Assembly (NCBI GenBank): GCA_024679065.1
Contig: JAGIQG010000010.1
Location: 61,876,001-61,940,000 of the forward strand
Length of the DNA stretch: 64,000 nt
Direction: 5' to 3'
Source of the DNA: Sphyrna mokarran
Taxonomy: Eukaryota
In this document: in pieces, positions 61,406 to 64,000 of the stretch
Layout: every line of letters starts with the position of its first letter
Numbering within the stretch: position 1 is the first letter of the stretch
Notes under the pieces: generated by a model
What the model was told of the DNA's origin: nothing
Databases searched by the model: none
Seen by the model: only the letters and a program-made list of their open reading frames with translations
Program-made: the position numbers and the translations under genes

Positions 61406-63843
61406 GTGTTTATCCTAGTCATCATATGGTCTGCCTCCAAAACCGTCCATTAAAATTTCATCTATCTATCATCCTGGGCCTGCCACCCTGCTTAATCCCA
61501 TTCCATTCCTCCTGTGACTGTCCAACTCCCAGGACCTCACCATCAACAGCATTGCTGCTGGCCTCTAGGAATACCTTTCGCTGGTGAGATCATAATCTCG
61601 GATCTTCCTCATCCCTTGTCAGCAATGTCATCAAGTTCACACCCATGGCAGGCGTGATCCTACTTTATGTGAATTTCAATACATGCCTCCGCGCTGTATC
61701 TTGATGCCACTCCCACCCCCATGCACCCACCATATACCGATACTACACTGGCATGACATCAAGTTGGCATCAACTGAATATTCAGTGCAGGCTCAATGTC
61801 CAGAGGTTGTGCTCGCTAATGATATGCTGATACATTTAAATTAGCCTCACATCTTTATTTGGCATGTTCCACACCATTCCGCTGGTGAGATCAGGTCAAA
61901 ATCAGAAAACACAATCTCACCAGTGAGCATCATGCTGTTTCGATATCTCCACATTTTAAGCCTGGGCTTCCATTCCTGCAGATGGAGAACACAGTCTCAA
62001 GATCCTGCCCAATATCTTTCTGTTTGCCGATGTTGCTGTAAATTTCCGGTTTGCTTTATATCTTCCTGTATCTATAAAACAAAGATGGCTGAACTAATGA
62101 AATGAACAAGTTACCTGCACTTAAATGTTTCTGAAATTTACAGAATGAAATTCACACCATTAATTAGTTACAATCAAATGTTTATCTCCTGCTAACACTA
62201 CACAATCCTTAATATTACACCCACAATTAACCCAAAAGAAATGTCATGAACATTCTGAAGACTTAGCGACTCTATAACTCCTTACGTAGATAGCACTATT
62301 ACTTTCAAGAGAATGCCTGTCTTCCAAGATATTCAAAGTCAAGTGACTGCCTTTGATTCTGGATAGGCCCAAAGCCCGGGATTTACTGTAATCGTTAATG
62401 TTCAAAACACTGACAAGATTTAGTTTCTTTTTTTATCAGTATCACAATCCATCGATTGAAGTTGCTGTGTGAATTCATGCTTCACATTTAGTCCAAATGT
62501 TAGAGACCAAAAAAATCACTAGCTTGAAGATTTTGGTGTTCTTTTTCAATTTTACTTTTCTTGATAAATCTGTTGAATAATAATATTTCTTATGACAGTG
62601 ATAATGCTGTGATGAAACATAGTTATTGAGATAAAATTTTAGTCCTTATGTAAGATATCCAGGTAATAAGTTTATCACTGTAAAAAGATGCACTAGTATT
62701 GTGTTAAAAATTCATCAAGCTTTCTTCTGATTTAAAGGGCAATTGGTAGATATTCTGTGGAGGGAAAGGATCCAAGTATCATTGGACATATGCAAGGAAT
62801 GTACTGAGGACTTTTAATGTGACTAGTATAATTGCAACAAATCAAAAAATACTTTTGCCAAAACAGGTCCTTTAATTATATGCTGCTCTACAAACCCTTT
62901 AGTTCGAACATTGCCTCCGTTACAAGGCTGCTGGATCATGCCTGTTGAATTTTTCATAATAGATTTTAATTTACTGTTATAGGACATTCACTGCAACAAC
63001 TATCTGATTATAACATGCACGATTCTTGGCTCTTGAGGGCTGTGCTATAATGAAGAGTCACATGTGTAAAATGTTATTGTTAGAAATAATGCCAGGGCAT
63101 ATGGTGGCTAGACTTGAATATTAAAATATCCGGCCAAACTTGCAAGCTATAAGAGAACAGTATAAATTCTAATGGCCAAATGCAGAAGAGGACCATAGAG
63201 AAACCAAACCAAATTTATTAATTGGCAGCAAGATAATGTCTAATTAGCGTCCCTGCACACAATTCTGTTCGTTGAACATTATTTGTTCTCCCATTGGTTT
63301 CGTTTCAGGCAAAAGTTTCTTGTGAAGTTTCTTTTTAACAATTAGAGCCAGACCTTCAAGTTTTGTGGGCTGTCTTCCTTCAGGCTGTCTGTGCTCCTGT
63401 CAATTTAGTACTTCCAGGGAATTATTCCTCTTTGAAATGCATATTGCAGGCTTGAAATGCTGTGTATGTACACTGTAGAGTAATTGTGTGGGCTAAATGT
63501 TTAATTACACATGACAGCTGGAGCTACAGGAGTTCGAGGCAAGCATGAAAACAACTCATGCCCTGTGCAATAATAATAAAGTCAACAGATACTCTGTACT
63601 TAGTGGGTGGACCACACTTTTTTGCAATGCCACCACACTGCCAGAATTAAGACAGAAATGAATGTTTCTGTGAAAAAAAGGATTTCCTATCAGTATCAAT
63701 TCTGATTAGAAAATTTGTACTCTGCTTTAATTATAATGAATTACACTTGTACAGACATAACTTTGTTTAATTTAAACGTTTGTTTTATTGGCTATAAAAA
63801 TGCTTTAAATGTGATTTTGAACTGGCTGTTTTGTGCCTTCCAG

Positions 63844-63890
63844 CATAAGGAGAATGCATCATTTTTACAAACAGAACAGATAGCTCCAAG
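63844..63890 (+). other. Candidate exon, 47 nt
   Basis: Acceptor ctgttttgtgccttcCAG (ends 63843), donor AAG|GTAAGC (63891); one open frame HKENASFLQTEQIAP(R/S); lies in unique sequence. Gene not recognised. Confidence 0.6.
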
Positions 63891-64000
63891 GTAAGCTTTG
63901 AACACTGTGGGATATATGCCACTGGCTACTTGCCAGTTTCCAGATCAACTTTGAAGCATTTTTCAGCTGGCAGTAGCAATGTCTGCACTGTCATTTGCAT

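Noticed and set aside
402-62105. The many 60-160 aa ORFs in the track as host genes
   Set aside because: They are antisense or off-frame readings of repeats, or random ORFs often starting at non-ATG codons; none shows a recognisable non-transposon domain.
1-64000. CRISPR array, rRNA or operon structure
   Set aside because: No regularly spaced repeats, no rRNA-like sequence; the DNA is clearly vertebrate-type.

Overview
Eukaryotic, repeat-rich, mostly non-coding DNA. The repeat spectrum (CR1 LINEs, HE1-type tRNA-derived SINEs, Penelope-like elements, many PIF/Harbinger relics, Gypsy relics, Rex1/Babar-like LINE) points to a cartilaginous fish, probably a shark (inference). There is no intact host protein-coding gene. 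Two well-formed + strand exon candidates (10863-10979, closed in all frames; 63844-63890, 47 nt) and several repeat-free blocks resembling conserved non-coding elements suggest the window lies in very large introns of an unidentified gene. The most notable observations: (1) a Penelope-like element (PLE) system of a 1.9-kb RT/GIY-YIG element and 150-220 bp hairpin derivatives with 11-15 bp TSDs, carrying minimal hammerhead-ribozyme-like motifs with a palindromic stem III (3819-3853, 55106-55139); (2) a single-ORF APE-RT LINE that begins with a tRNA-like Pol III head (52455-55274); (3) two near-identical young CR1 copies in inverted orientation, one with a templated snap-back 5' junction, the other almost full length with frameshifts in homopolymers; (4) local DNA-level duplications. 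All calls were made by eye, without alignments or database searches, and boundaries of old repeats are approximate.
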